Below are positions 9,471 through 19,006 of a stretch of 64,000 bases of DNA, one piece after another. A model generated the notes under the pieces. The model did no database searches and was not told where the DNA came from. It worked only from the letters and a program-made list of their open reading frames with translations. The stretch is taken from positions 2,392 through 66,391 of the forward strand of contig JAZROG010000056.1 in NCBI GenBank assembly GCA_045648605.1. Direction: 5' to 3'. The DNA is from Eubacteriales bacterium. Its GTDB lineage: Bacteria > Bacillota > Clostridia > Oscillospirales > CAG-272. The stretch's first letter is position 1; every line of letters begins with the position of its first letter. The translations under genes were made by a program, and so were the position numbers.

Positions 9471-10262
9471 CTATCCCCTCCCTTCGTTTTTTACAAGAGC
9501 ATGGATTTTGGCTCTGTCAATTATAATGTCATTTATATTTTTTGAAAAAATTGCAAGATACTCAATGTTTCCGTCACCGCCATCAATGGGTGAGCGCATA
9601 ATATCACGGCAGAAAAGACCGACATTTTCTGCATTTTGGGTAACTCTTATTATCGCCGCTTCTCTATCCTCTTTTTTCTTTACGATGCCACCCTTTCCAA
9701 CGGCTGCTCTCCCTGCTTCAAATTGAGGCTTTATAAGAGAGATAAGTATTCCACTCGGCGAAAGCACCTCTGAAATCCCCTTATGCATATATGTCTGAGA
9801 GATAAAGGAAACATCCATCACAGCCAAATCAAATGGATTCGGAAAATCATTTTTGTTTAAATTTCTTGCGTTGTATCCTTCAATATTTACGACTCTTTCA
9901 TCCGAGAGAAGCGAAGCATCAAGCTGTCCGTGGCCCGAATCTACTGCAAAGACCTTTTTTGCGCCTCTCTGAAGAAGTAAATCTGTAAATCCGCCCGTTG
10001 ATGCTCCGATGTCTATACAAACAAAGCCTGCGGGATCTATTCCGAATTTATCAAGAGCGCCTTCCAGCTTCAGCGCACCTCGGCAAACGTATTTTTCCTT
10101 TTCAACGCCGACAGAATGCTCTGTATTTTCGTCAAGCAGCTCTGATGGCTTTTGCAAAATTCTGCCATCGAGAGTGATCTTGCCGCTCTCGATAAGCTCC
10201 TTTGCGGCATTTCTGCTTTTTACATAGCCATTCTGCGCGAGATAAACATCAACTCTTATCAT
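9471..10262 (-). CDS. tlyA: TlyA family rRNA (cytidine-2'-O)-methyltransferase
   Basis: 263 aa with an S4 domain N-terminus (RVDVYLAQNGYVKSRNAAKELIESG) and FtsJ-like DIGASTGGFTD. Confidence 0.88.
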   Translation of the reverse strand: MIRVDVYLAQNGYVKSRNAAKELIESGKITLDGRILQKPSELLDENTEHSVGVEKEKYVCRGALKLEGALDKFGIDPAGFVCIDIGASTGGFTDLLLQRGAKKVFAVDSGHGQLDASLLSDERVVNIEGYNARNLNKNDFPNPFDLAVMDVSFISQTYMHKGISEVLSPSGILISLIKPQFEAGRAAVGKGGIVKKKEDREAAIIRVTQNAENVGLFCRDIMRSPIDGGDGNIEYLAIFSKNINDIIIDRAKIHALVKNEGRG

Positions 10263-11158
10263 GATTCTCTTATAAGCAGATAATCTGCAAGCGACAGAAG
10301 ATTTTCTGAGCCTTCATACCCCGAAATTGCATCTTTTGCTTCATTTGTAAGGGAAAAAGCATATTTTTCAGCTTCTTCGATGCTCATAAAGGTAAGAAAA
10401 GTGCTCTTGGAATTTTCCGCATCGCTTCCAATGGGCTTGCCGAGAAGCGCTTCATCACCTGTTACATCAAGGATATCGTCCTTTATCTGAAAGGCAAGAC
10501 CGATGCCTCTTGCATACTTAAGAGCATCATCCATTCTCTTATCGCCGTCAAAAATTCCCGCTGCATATGCGCCGAGCCTTGCCGAAACCTCGATAAGAGC
10601 ACCGGTTTTAAGCGCTTGAAGCTTTTTAAGCTCATCAAGGCTGAGGCTTGTTTTTTCGCCTCTCATATCGATTATCTGTCCTCCTACCATTCCCCGCTCT
10701 GCCGCGGCAGATGACAGCGCCCTCACAGCAAGGCAGGAAAACTCGGGAGAAGTATGGGGATTTGATGCCGCAACGCCAAATGCCTTGAGCGCAAGTGCAT
10801 CTCCTGCAAGAAGTGCGGTTGCCTCACCGAAAACCACATGATTTGTCGGTTTTCCGCGACGCAATTCATCATCATCCATCATGGGAAGATCATCATGAAT
10901 AAGGGAAAATGTATGGATCATTTCAAGCGCAGCCGCAAAAGGCAATGCGCTTTTTTCTTTTCCGCCGAAAAGCTTGCATATTTCAAGCGCAAGATAAGGT
11001 CTTATGCGCTTTCCGCCTGCAAAAAGGCTGTATTTCATCGAATCCTCGACGCTTTTCGTATCCTCATCTATCTCACCAAAGGTACTCATGAGATATTCCT
11101 CTGTAAGACGGGCCGACTCTTTCATCGAAGAAAAAAGCTCATCAAATCTATTATTCAT
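10259..11158 (-). CDS. ispA: Polyprenyl (farnesyl) diphosphate synthase
   Basis: First and second Asp-rich motifs are present (LIHDDLPMMDDDELRRGKPT, FQIKDDILD). The start is set at MNNRFDELF (ATG 11158), which overlaps the xseB stop by 8 nt. The track ORF extends to 11191. Confidence 0.88.
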   Translation of the reverse strand: MNNRFDELFSSMKESARLTEEYLMSTFGEIDEDTKSVEDSMKYSLFAGGKRIRPYLALEICKLFGGKEKSALPFAAALEMIHTFSLIHDDLPMMDDDELRRGKPTNHVVFGEATALLAGDALALKAFGVAASNPHTSPEFSCLAVRALSSAAAERGMVGGQIIDMRGEKTSLSLDELKKLQALKTGALIEVSARLGAYAAGIFDGDKRMDDALKYARGIGLAFQIKDDILDVTGDEALLGKPIGSDAENSKSTFLTFMSIEEAEKYAFSLTNEAKDAISGYEGSENLLSLADYLLIRES

Positions 11159-11387
11159 CTTCTGTATTAAAATCCCTCTCGGTGAGATCACCGTTCTCGT
11201 CCTTCTGCAATATCCTTATCTTCTTTTCAGCCTCGTCAAGCATTCCTCCGCAGGTACGAACGAGCTTGATCCCCTCTTCATAAAGAGCAAGTGCGCTATC
11301 GAGATCTGCACTTCCGTTTTCGAGACTTTTTACAATTTCCTCGAGACGAAGCATGGAATTTTCAAAATTTTGTTTATTTTCAGCCAT
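11151..11387 (-). CDS. xseB: Exodeoxyribonuclease VII small subunit
   Basis: 78 aa with FENSMLRLEEIVKSLENG, LDSALALYEEG typical of XseB. It directly follows xseA. Confidence 0.9.
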   Translation of the reverse strand: MAENKQNFENSMLRLEEIVKSLENGSADLDSALALYEEGIKLVRTCGGMLDEAEKKIRILQKDENGDLTERDFNTEDE

Positions 11388-12608
11388 TTATTTTTCCTCT
11401 TTTTTAATATCGGTAACCGTCGCTATTATCTCACCGTCACGGAGAACATTTTTGAATGTATCGCCGCACCTGACACTGTGAACGCTCTTTATGAGCTTAC
11501 CATCGGTGCTATAGCTGGCGCTATATCCTCTTGAAAGCACAGCCAATGGACTGAGAGCCTCAAGAGAAGCAACCTTTTCCTTATAAAGCGACTTTTTTCG
11601 CTCAAAAATTCTGATGAAATTACCATCAAGCCTGTCAAGAAGCCGGGTGACCTTCATTCTCTTGGTATCAACAAAGTTCATAGGCGAGCGCAAAAAAGGT
11701 GACGAAGAAAGTACCGTAAGCTTTTTTCTTCTGCTCTCCACAGAGGAGGAAGCAAGAAGGGAAAGCTTCTTTTTTGCGTTTTCAAGCCTCATATAAAGCT
11801 CTGACTGCTCCGGCACTGCAAGCTCTGCGGCAGCAGAGGGTGTTGATGCTCTGACATCGGCTACAAAATCGCAAATCGTAAAATCACTTTCGTGTCCTAC
11901 CGCTGAAATTACGGGAATTTCGGATGCAAATATCTCTCTTGCAAGAGCCTCATTATTAAATTCCCAAAGATCCTCTATTGAGCCGCCGCCTCTGCCGATG
12001 ATTATAACATCGACGTTTTTATTTTGATTAAAATATCTTATTCCCATGGCAAGCTGTGCTGCGGCACCGTTTCCTTGAACAAGAGACGGATAAAGAAGCA
12101 TTTCGGCAAGAGGGAATCTTCTGCCGAGAATTCTTGTCATATCCCTTATTGCCGCGCCTGTAGGGGAGGTTATTATACCTACGCGCTTCGGATATCTCGG
12201 AAGAGGCTTTTTATATCTTTCATCAAATAGACCTTCTTCGCTAAGCTTTTGCTTAAGCTGCTCATAGGCATAGTAAAGAGAGCCTATTCCATCGGGCTGG
12301 AGATCGTCCACTATTATCTGATATCTTCCCGAATCCTCATAAAGAGAAATTCTTCCGTGGGCAACGACCTTCAGACCGTCCTTTGGTACAAAGGGAAGCC
12401 TTGAGGCATAAGAACGCCACATAACACCTGCAATCGCTGCTGACTCGTCCTTTAGGGAAAAATATAGATGTCCCGATGAATATATTTTAAAATTTGACAG
12501 CTCGCCCCTAACGTATATATCCGAAATAAACTCGTCACTCTCAAGGAGTGTCTTTGCATATCCGTTAAGCTGTGCAACCGTCACTATAACCTTCTTATAT
12601 GGATCCAT
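11388..12608 (-). CDS. xseA: Exodeoxyribonuclease VII large subunit
   Basis: 406 aa with an OB-fold N-terminus (VRGELSNFKIYSSGHLYFSLKD) and catalytic core (IGRGGGSIEDLWEFN). Confidence 0.92.
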   Translation of the reverse strand: MDPYKKVIVTVAQLNGYAKTLLESDEFISDIYVRGELSNFKIYSSGHLYFSLKDESAAIAGVMWRSYASRLPFVPKDGLKVVAHGRISLYEDSGRYQIIVDDLQPDGIGSLYYAYEQLKQKLSEEGLFDERYKKPLPRYPKRVGIITSPTGAAIRDMTRILGRRFPLAEMLLYPSLVQGNGAAAQLAMGIRYFNQNKNVDVIIIGRGGGSIEDLWEFNNEALAREIFASEIPVISAVGHESDFTICDFVADVRASTPSAAAELAVPEQSELYMRLENAKKKLSLLASSSVESRRKKLTVLSSSPFLRSPMNFVDTKRMKVTRLLDRLDGNFIRIFERKKSLYKEKVASLEALSPLAVLSRGYSASYSTDGKLIKSVHSVRCGDTFKNVLRDGEIIATVTDIKKEEK

Positions 12609-13575
12609 TTTGATCTATCCTTTCGGAGAGATATTTTCTTCTGCAAAGCAGTGCAGTACCCGCCGCATTGTCGGATGAAAAAACAGGCTCGGCAAAGAAT
12701 GTATTTTTTCTCGAACGAAGCATATTCTTTATTATAGAGTTACTCATAACACCACCCGAATACACGATCGGCATTTCTCCGCATTCCTTGCCCAGGTTCT
12801 CGGTAAGAGAAACAAGAGTTCTACCAACAAAATCGAAAACCGCAGCACTGACAAGGCTTCTGTCACCGCACTCTCCATAAAGCTTCAGGGCTTGATTTTC
12901 CATTCCCGATGCATTGCAGCAAAGCCCCTTTACGGAAATTTTGAATTTTGGTATCTTCTTTTCATTTTCGAGGGCAAGAGCCTCCATTTCTCTTCCGCAA
13001 GGGAACATTAGACCCATGCTGACACCCGCGCGGTCTATTACCTGACCGAAATTCAGATCCTCGGTGCCCCCCGCAAGAGTTACGGAAAAGGAATCTTCAA
13101 AGGGCTTTACCAAAAGAATTTCTGTAGTTCCGCCCGAAACATGAAAAGCGGCAAAAGCCTCCTCCGAAAGCAAATGAAGACCGCCCGAGGAATAAAGCGC
13201 AGCCATAATATGACCGCTCTGATGAGAGAAAGCATATATCGGCGCACCGCTTGCGGCCTCCATGGAATATGCCACATTCTGTCCAACCAGAAAGCAAGGC
13301 ATATAGGAATCCTCTGCATCTCTCGGCTTTGCGGAATAACCTATGGCAGCTATTCTTTTTCCATAAAGCATCTCACCCGCCTCTTTTAGTAAGGGGGGAA
13401 GATTTTTAATATGTGCAAAGACGGCATCGCTCTGTCGAAGCCCTCTTTCACCTTGCTTTACAGGAAGAAGCTGCTTAAAATTTGCGATTATATTACCCTC
13501 AAGATCAGAAATGGCAACAGATGTTGTATAATTGCTTGTGTCGATCCCCACAAAGCAAGCATCCTTTTCTGTCAT
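12595..13575 (-). CDS. TsaD/Kae1-like ASKHA-fold protein (glycoprotease family paralogue)
   Basis: 326 aa with VGIDTSNYTTSVAI, an HxxxH metal motif (SHQSGH) and SGGVMSN. It overlaps nusB by 4 nt and xseA by 14 nt. Confidence 0.7.
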   Translation of the reverse strand: MTEKDACFVGIDTSNYTTSVAISDLEGNIIANFKQLLPVKQGERGLRQSDAVFAHIKNLPPLLKEAGEMLYGKRIAAIGYSAKPRDAEDSYMPCFLVGQNVAYSMEAASGAPIYAFSHQSGHIMAALYSSGGLHLLSEEAFAAFHVSGGTTEILLVKPFEDSFSVTLAGGTEDLNFGQVIDRAGVSMGLMFPCGREMEALALENEKKIPKFKISVKGLCCNASGMENQALKLYGECGDRSLVSAAVFDFVGRTLVSLTENLGKECGEMPIVYSGGVMSNSIIKNMLRSRKNTFFAEPVFSSDNAAGTALLCRRKYLSERIDQNGSI

Positions 13576-13997
13576 TCCTTTTCACCAACGTCATTTTTTA
13601 CAGCATTCAAAATACCGTTGATGAACGCCTTTGCCTTTTCATCATCGAATTTCTTTGAAAGCTCAACAGCCTCGTTTATTGAAACTCTTGAAGGAATATC
13701 ATCGGCAAAAGCAAGCTCATAAACAGCAAGACGCAGAATGGCTCTTGAAACTCTTGTGAGTCGCTCTGTTTTCCATCCCACGGAATGCTTTGCAATAAGA
13801 GCATCGATCTCTTCTCTCTTTTCACAAACCGAGAAGTATGCTTCCTTTATAAATTTGTCATTTGGTATCTCGCGTGACTCAGCGGAGCTTTCAAAAATTT
13901 TCTCCTTATCCTCATCTGCGCGAAATTCTGTTTCATATATAAGCCCAACTATATATTCACGGGCTTCTCTTCTTGAAATTCTTACTGCCATGTACAA
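13572..13997 (-). CDS. nusB: Transcription antitermination factor NusB
   Basis: 141 aa with RREAREYIVGLIYE and ILRLAVYEL motifs. Confidence 0.9.
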   Translation of the reverse strand: MYMAVRISRREAREYIVGLIYETEFRADEDKEKIFESSAESREIPNDKFIKEAYFSVCEKREEIDALIAKHSVGWKTERLTRVSRAILRLAVYELAFADDIPSRVSINEAVELSKKFDDEKAKAFINGILNAVKNDVGEKE

Positions 13998-14122
13998 TTT
14001 GTCCTTTCAAAATACTCTTATATATTATATATTATCTTAAACAAAAAGTCAATCACAAAATGAATATTTTTTCCGAATATTCGCATTTTTTCGTATATTT
14101 ATTTTTTTGGAGTACATTTTAA

Positions 14123-15112
14123 ATGAAAAAAACGATTTATTCACTGCTTGTTTTGTCGATTATTATAATATCTCTTTTTCTCGGAGATCACTTGATAGAA
14201 AATGCCGAGAAAATTGCCTTGCCTGCAAGCACGGAGCACATCAAATGGGTGGAATTTTCCGTACCGAAATCCGCGCTTGATGAGGCACTTGCCCTCGACA
14301 TTGCCACCCATGCAACAGAAGAGCACATCCCCATCCACCACTCACTTGCATATATTGCGGCAAAGAATTACGGCAGCTTTGATAAATACAAAAAAGGTAC
14401 ACTCACAAATATCGGTACCGATATTTATTCGCTTTCTAAAAAAATGAGCGAAAACAAGCTTTATAATTACTATTTTTCTTCTTACGGCGCTTTGCTCAGC
14501 GGATTCGTGGGAAATTACACAAAAATTTACGAAAACGGAGAAAAAGAAAGCGGATATGGGCTTCGTGTTTTTTCGCCCATTGCCGCTGGATATTATTATA
14601 ATGATTATGACGATTTCGGTGCATCGCGTTCGTACGGTTACAAGCGCTCACATCTGGGACACGATATGCTCGGAAGCGTTGGTACTCCAATAATTGCCAT
14701 AGAAAGCGGCAGAGTTGAAGCTGTGGGCTGGAATCAGTACGGAGGATGGCGAATCGGTATCCGCAGCTTTGATGGGCTTCGGTACTATTACTATGCACAT
14801 CTTCGAAAGGATCACCCCTATAATGACATCTATGAGGGGAAAATAGTGAACGCTGGAGAGGTAATCGGCTATCTCGGCATGACAGGCTACAGTGCAAAGG
14901 AAAATGTGAACAATATCGACACACCTCATCTGCACTATGGCATTGAGCTTATCTTTTCTCCCGAGCAAAAGGATGGATATAACCAAATTTGGATAGACGT
15001 TTATGCTATCTCGCAATTTTTATATAAGAACAGAAGCGAAGTTGCTTATGACAAAAATACAAAAGAGCACACAGCAAAATATTATTATGTTTATCCCGAA
15101 ACACCCGACTGA
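14123..15112 (+). CDS. M23 family metallopeptidase, membrane-anchored
   Basis: N-terminal TM segment (IYSLLVLSIIIISLFL). M23 motifs are HLGHDM, GTPIIAIESGRV and PHLHYGIE. Confidence 0.85.
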   Translation: MKKTIYSLLVLSIIIISLFLGDHLIENAEKIALPASTEHIKWVEFSVPKSALDEALALDIATHATEEHIPIHHSLAYIAAKNYGSFDKYKKGTLTNIGTDIYSLSKKMSENKLYNYYFSSYGALLSGFVGNYTKIYENGEKESGYGLRVFSPIAAGYYYNDYDDFGASRSYGYKRSHLGHDMLGSVGTPIIAIESGRVEAVGWNQYGGWRIGIRSFDGLRYYYYAHLRKDHPYNDIYEGKIVNAGEVIGYLGMTGYSAKENVNNIDTPHLHYGIELIFSPEQKDGYNQIWIDVYAISQFLYKNRSEVAYDKNTKEHTAKYYYVYPETPD

Positions 15113-15120
15113 ATTTTGGA

Positions 15121-15154
15121 AAAATGGCAGGCTCAAAAAAGAACCTGCCATTTT
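15121..15154. terminator. Bidirectional hairpin between the convergent M23 and PHP genes
   Basis: AAAATGGCAGG (15121-31) pairs with CCTGCCATTTT (15144-54). The loop is 12 nt, which is rather large. Confidence 0.5.
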
Positions 15155-15162
15155 ATCATGTA

Positions 15163-16170
15163 TCAGAAAGGAAGCTCGTCACGCATAAAGCCTCTTGTGT
15201 CAGCGTGTCTGCCCGCTTCGTCGGTGATAGAAACACGGAGGAATTTTGCTCTGTCATCAAGCTCAAAATCCGCGCTTGTAATAAATCCGTCGATTGGAGC
15301 ATGGGAACGTCTCGGTGTTTTGCTGCCGGTAAATGCAGCAATATGCTTTACAGGCGAGCACTCGATATGAATCTTATTCCCCTCGATGGAAACCTCTTTT
15401 ATAATGGGACCCATTGAGGAATACATTTCTCCCTTTTCGATGGCATCAACTATCGCTCCGTATTCAAAGCTTTCGGGCATAATCATGGCAAATCCGCCAA
15501 ATGAATCGCAGCCGGGTGTTCCCTCTTCTCTGCCGTTGTGATTATCGTCTGCGCTGTGGCATCCAATGCGCTTTCCTGCGCAGAGAAGCTTATCGTAAAT
15601 TCCTGCATTGTATTCCGCATGATTGCCACAAAAGCTGGAATAATTACACATTTCCATGCTGCAGAAGCCGTCATATGCAAGAATAGTTGCCTCATCCTCC
15701 ATTGACCAGAATGGATGGTTATATGTTGCAACAAAGCCATTTTCCTTTGCAAGGCGAAGCATATAATTGATATATTCGGGAGAATAAACCCTTGCGTTTT
15801 CTTCGCCAACTCGGTCGAATTTCTTGAAAACCTCCTCGGGCGCGTACCTTATATATCTTTCGTCATAACAGACTATTGCAGTATTATCGGGGTCTTTTGC
15901 AATGAAATTTATATGAATTTCACTGTTATAAGCATCATATTTGTGAGTCGGTCTTATGTAGCTTTCGTAGCCTGTAAGTAAAATGAAATCACTTTCGGCA
16001 AGATCTGTGTGCTTTTTCGGATATTCGTGATCGGAGATACAGAGAATCGAATATCCGTTTCTTTTATACATTTCTTTAAGCTGCTCGGGGGTCTTTTTTC
16101 CGTCCGAGAAGGTGCTGTGACAATGAAGATTTGCCTTATATTGCTTTTTGTCGGGTGATATGAGGTACAT
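15163..16170 (-). CDS. PHP domain-containing phosphoesterase
   Basis: 335 aa. N-terminal NLHCHSTFSDG and ISDHEY are PHP-family metal motifs. Confidence 0.75.
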   Translation of the reverse strand: MYLISPDKKQYKANLHCHSTFSDGKKTPEQLKEMYKRNGYSILCISDHEYPKKHTDLAESDFILLTGYESYIRPTHKYDAYNSEIHINFIAKDPDNTAIVCYDERYIRYAPEEVFKKFDRVGEENARVYSPEYINYMLRLAKENGFVATYNHPFWSMEDEATILAYDGFCSMEMCNYSSFCGNHAEYNAGIYDKLLCAGKRIGCHSADDNHNGREEGTPGCDSFGGFAMIMPESFEYGAIVDAIEKGEMYSSMGPIIKEVSIEGNKIHIECSPVKHIAAFTGSKTPRRSHAPIDGFITSADFELDDRAKFLRVSITDEAGRHADTRGFMRDELPF

Positions 16171-16184
16171 TTTTATTTCCTTTC

Positions 16185-16784
16185 TTATTCTTCTTTACCC
16201 TCGATGAAGTATGTTGCTTCCATATCAGCAGTGGAGAGGGCGAAAGCCAACGGAAACATTTCAAATGCGCTTCCAACATTCAGCTTTTCATCGGGGCCTG
16301 CGCCTGCAAAGCCCATATGATAGCGAATGGCAAATGCTTCATCGCGTGTAAGGCGCATATATCCCGAAATGATATACACCGATTTTTCACCGTGTCCGTA
16401 AGGAAGCCTGTCTTCAATGGAGTATGACGGTACGCTCTTCCAAACACCGTCTTCCTTTACATTTCTTGTTCCAAGCTTATAAAAATTGGTTTTGCAGATG
16501 TCATGAAGCAGTGCTGCGATTGCAATAGTCTCCTCGGAATAATTCATTCCGTAAAGTTCTTTCGCTCTTGGTCTTGACATATAATCAACAAGGCAATCAT
16601 AAACATTCAGCGAATGCACAAGAAGTCCTCCAGGGTATGAACCGTGATAACGTGTGCTTGCGGGCGCATCAAAGAAATCACAGGAGGTGGACATAAGATA
16701 ATCAAGAAGCTTTTCCGAGCCCTCTCTGGTTATCTTTGATTTATAAATTTCAATAAATTTTTCTTTAAGTAATTCTTTATCCAT
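16185..16784 (-). CDS. HD domain-containing hydrolase
   Basis: RYHG, LVHSL and AALLHDICK form an HD motif. The start is set at the second ATG (16784) because SD GGAG lies 6 nt upstream of it. The track ORF starts at 16802. Confidence 0.75.
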   Translation of the reverse strand: MDKELLKEKFIEIYKSKITREGSEKLLDYLMSTSCDFFDAPASTRYHGSYPGGLLVHSLNVYDCLVDYMSRPRAKELYGMNYSEETIAIAALLHDICKTNFYKLGTRNVKEDGVWKSVPSYSIEDRLPYGHGEKSVYIISGYMRLTRDEAFAIRYHMGFAGAGPDEKLNVGSAFEMFPLAFALSTADMEATYFIEGKEE

Positions 16785-16800
16785 AAAAAACTCCAAGCTC

Positions 16801-16864
16801 ATAACTTTCGCAATGTGAAATCAAAACTTATAACTTTTGCGAAGCAAAATCATAACCTATGCAA
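16801..16864 (-). repeat. Three direct copies of a 13-14 nt motif upstream of the HD-PHP operon
   Basis: Plus-strand copies are ataactttcgcaa (16801-13), ataacttttgcgaa (16830-43) and ataacctatgcaa (16852-64). The minus-strand consensus is TTGCrwArGTTAT. Confidence 0.5.
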
Positions 16865-16890
16865 TTAGGGCGCAGAAATGCGCCCTAATT
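16863..16890 (-). terminator. Terminator of the sugar-phosphate isomerase gene
   Basis: A perfect 12-bp stem, AATTAGGGCGCA gaaa TGCGCCCTAATT, 10 nt past the stop at 16900. Confidence 0.7.
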
Positions 16891-16899
16891 GTATAATCA

Positions 16900-17868
16900 T
16901 TATGCCCAGCTCATTGTTGTGGGCTTTTCCTCGTAAATTACGATATCACGGAGGAAGGAAACTGCCTTGCGGAGTCCTTCGTCGATAGACATTACGCTGT
17001 CCTCATGCTCGATGGAAAGAACTCTGTCATAGCCGCAGAGACGGAGATTGCTGACAAGGTCTCTCCAATATGTCTCGTTGTTACCATATCCAACTGTGCG
17101 GAATACCCATGATCTGTGAAGCTCGTCGCCATAGTGCTTTGTATCGAGAACACCATTCTTTGCGGTGTTGTACTTATCGATCTTTGTATCCTTTGCGTGA
17201 ACATGATAGATTGCGCCCGCAAGCTCACGAATAGCTGCAACGGGATCCATTCCCTGCCAGATAAGGTGAGAGGGGTCAAAGTTTGCACCGATAACATCTC
17301 CTACAGCTGCACGGAGCTTAAGAAGAGTTTCGGGGTTATAAACGCAGAAGCCGGGGTGCATCTCAAATGCGATATGAGGAACACCGTGTGCCACTGCAAA
17401 TGCGCCCATTTCCTTCCAATAAGGAATGAGCTTTTCATTCCACTGCCAATCGAGAATAGCAAGGAAATCCTCGGGCCAAGGGCAGGTTACCCAGTTGGGG
17501 TACTTGGAGCCTTCGCTGTCACCGGGACATCCTGAGAAGCCGATGATGGTATCAACACCGAGCTTTTCCGCAAGGAGGATAGCATTTCTGAAATCCTCAT
17601 CATACATCTTTGCGGTTGCCGCATCGGGATGTAGAGGGTTGCCATGGCAAGCAAGAGCACAGATCTCAACATCGTACTTCTTGAATGTGGCAACAAACTC
17701 GTCATATTTCTTTTCATCAGCAAGAAGCTCTGCGGGGTTGCAATGAGCCTTGCCGGGATATCCGCCCGCACCGATCTCAACGGTATGTACACCGAGACCC
17801 GAGAGGATGGAGAGAGTCTCATCAAGAGACTTTGTGCCATAAAGATTAGCTAAAACACTTAATTTCAT
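16900..17868 (-). CDS. Sugar phosphate isomerase/epimerase (xylose-isomerase-like TIM barrel)
   Basis: 322 aa with the AP-endonuclease-2/TIM-barrel pattern (HTVEIGAGGYPG, IAFEMHPG, LSIEHED). Confidence 0.8.
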   Translation of the reverse strand: MKLSVLANLYGTKSLDETLSILSGLGVHTVEIGAGGYPGKAHCNPAELLADEKKYDEFVATFKKYDVEICALACHGNPLHPDAATAKMYDEDFRNAILLAEKLGVDTIIGFSGCPGDSEGSKYPNWVTCPWPEDFLAILDWQWNEKLIPYWKEMGAFAVAHGVPHIAFEMHPGFCVYNPETLLKLRAAVGDVIGANFDPSHLIWQGMDPVAAIRELAGAIYHVHAKDTKIDKYNTAKNGVLDTKHYGDELHRSWVFRTVGYGNNETYWRDLVSNLRLCGYDRVLSIEHEDSVMSIDEGLRKAVSFLRDIVIYEEKPTTMSWA

Positions 17869-17912
17869 GATAAAATATTCCTTTCTAATTGATAGAATTT
17901 TAACTACCTAAT

Positions 17913-17941
17913 ATAATACACTTTTTTTCCGAATTTTTCAA
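17913..17941 (-). promoter_or_regulatory. Sigma-A type promoter of the isomerase gene
   Basis: The minus strand reads TTGAAA (17941-36), a 17-nt spacer, then TATTAT (17918-13). Confidence 0.5.
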
Positions 17942-18093
17942 GTGATTTTTGCTTTTATTTTTCGATATCGGCATACTGCACAAAAATTCAAGCTGCATTT
18001 TGTGCAAATGATAATATTATAAATATCTATTGCTAATATTAATTTTTTATGATATAATATATGATGATTATTTATGATTTTAGCGAGGCTTTT

Positions 18094-19002
18094 ATGAGGA
18101 TAGAAACCGATATCGAAAGAAACGGAAAAACGGTTCTTGAAATTTTAAAAAAAGAACTGCGTCTTTCCTCCAAAATGATAACCTCGCTAAAGAAAAGTCC
18201 GACGGGAATCACCGTTGACGGAGAGCACGTGACTGTCAGAAGAATTTTACGCACGGGTGAGATCCTTCAAATTGAGACAGAAGACAAGGTGCAAAACGAA
18301 AATCTTATTCCTACAGAGCTTCCCCTTGACATTTTATATGAGGATGATGAGATAATCGCTTTAAACAAGCCGCCTCATATGCCAACGCATCCCTCTCACG
18401 GTCATTTTTCCGACACACTTGCAAACGGACTTTGCTTTTATATGCAAAAATCGGACGAGCCGTTTGTTTTCCGCTCTGTAAACAGGCTTGACAGAAACAC
18501 AAGCGGTATTGTTCTCGTTGCGAAAAACAGGATAAGCGCAAACAGACTTTATGAATCTATGCAAAAGGGGCTTATTAAGAAAAAATATATCGCCCTTATC
18601 TGCGGAAATCCCGTCCCAAAAAAGGGAACGATCGACACATATATCAGGCGGCGCGAGGAAAGCATAATCACTCGCGAGGTATGCACATCCCTTCCCGATG
18701 CCTCAAGAGCCATAACCCATTATGAGGTTCTTTCAAGCAACGGTGCTCTGAGTGCAGTGATAGCAAGCCCGATAACAGGCAGAACACATCAATTAAGGCT
18801 TCATTTCGCTCATCTTGGCGCGCCCATTCTCGGGGATGACCTTTACGGCAGTGAATCCGATGAGATTCCAAGACAGGCGCTTCATGCTTATTATCTTTCC
18901 TTTCCTCATCCGATATGGGGAAATGAAACCGAGATTTTCGCACCGCTCCCCGATGACATGGAATCTGTTGCAAAAAAACACAATTTGAAGATTGAGGTAT
19001 AA
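18094..19002 (+). CDS. RluA family pseudouridine synthase (RluD-like, with S4 domain)
   Basis: The motif ALNKPPHMPTHP, RLDRNTSGIVLVAK, and GRTHQLRLH. The start is set at ATG 18094, which has SD GAGG 5 nt upstream. The track ORF starts at 18061. Confidence 0.88.
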   Translation: MRIETDIERNGKTVLEILKKELRLSSKMITSLKKSPTGITVDGEHVTVRRILRTGEILQIETEDKVQNENLIPTELPLDILYEDDEIIALNKPPHMPTHPSHGHFSDTLANGLCFYMQKSDEPFVFRSVNRLDRNTSGIVLVAKNRISANRLYESMQKGLIKKKYIALICGNPVPKKGTIDTYIRRREESIITREVCTSLPDASRAITHYEVLSSNGALSAVIASPITGRTHQLRLHFAHLGAPILGDDLYGSESDEIPRQALHAYYLSFPHPIWGNETEIFAPLPDDMESVAKKHNLKIEV

Positions 19003-19006
19003 AAAC

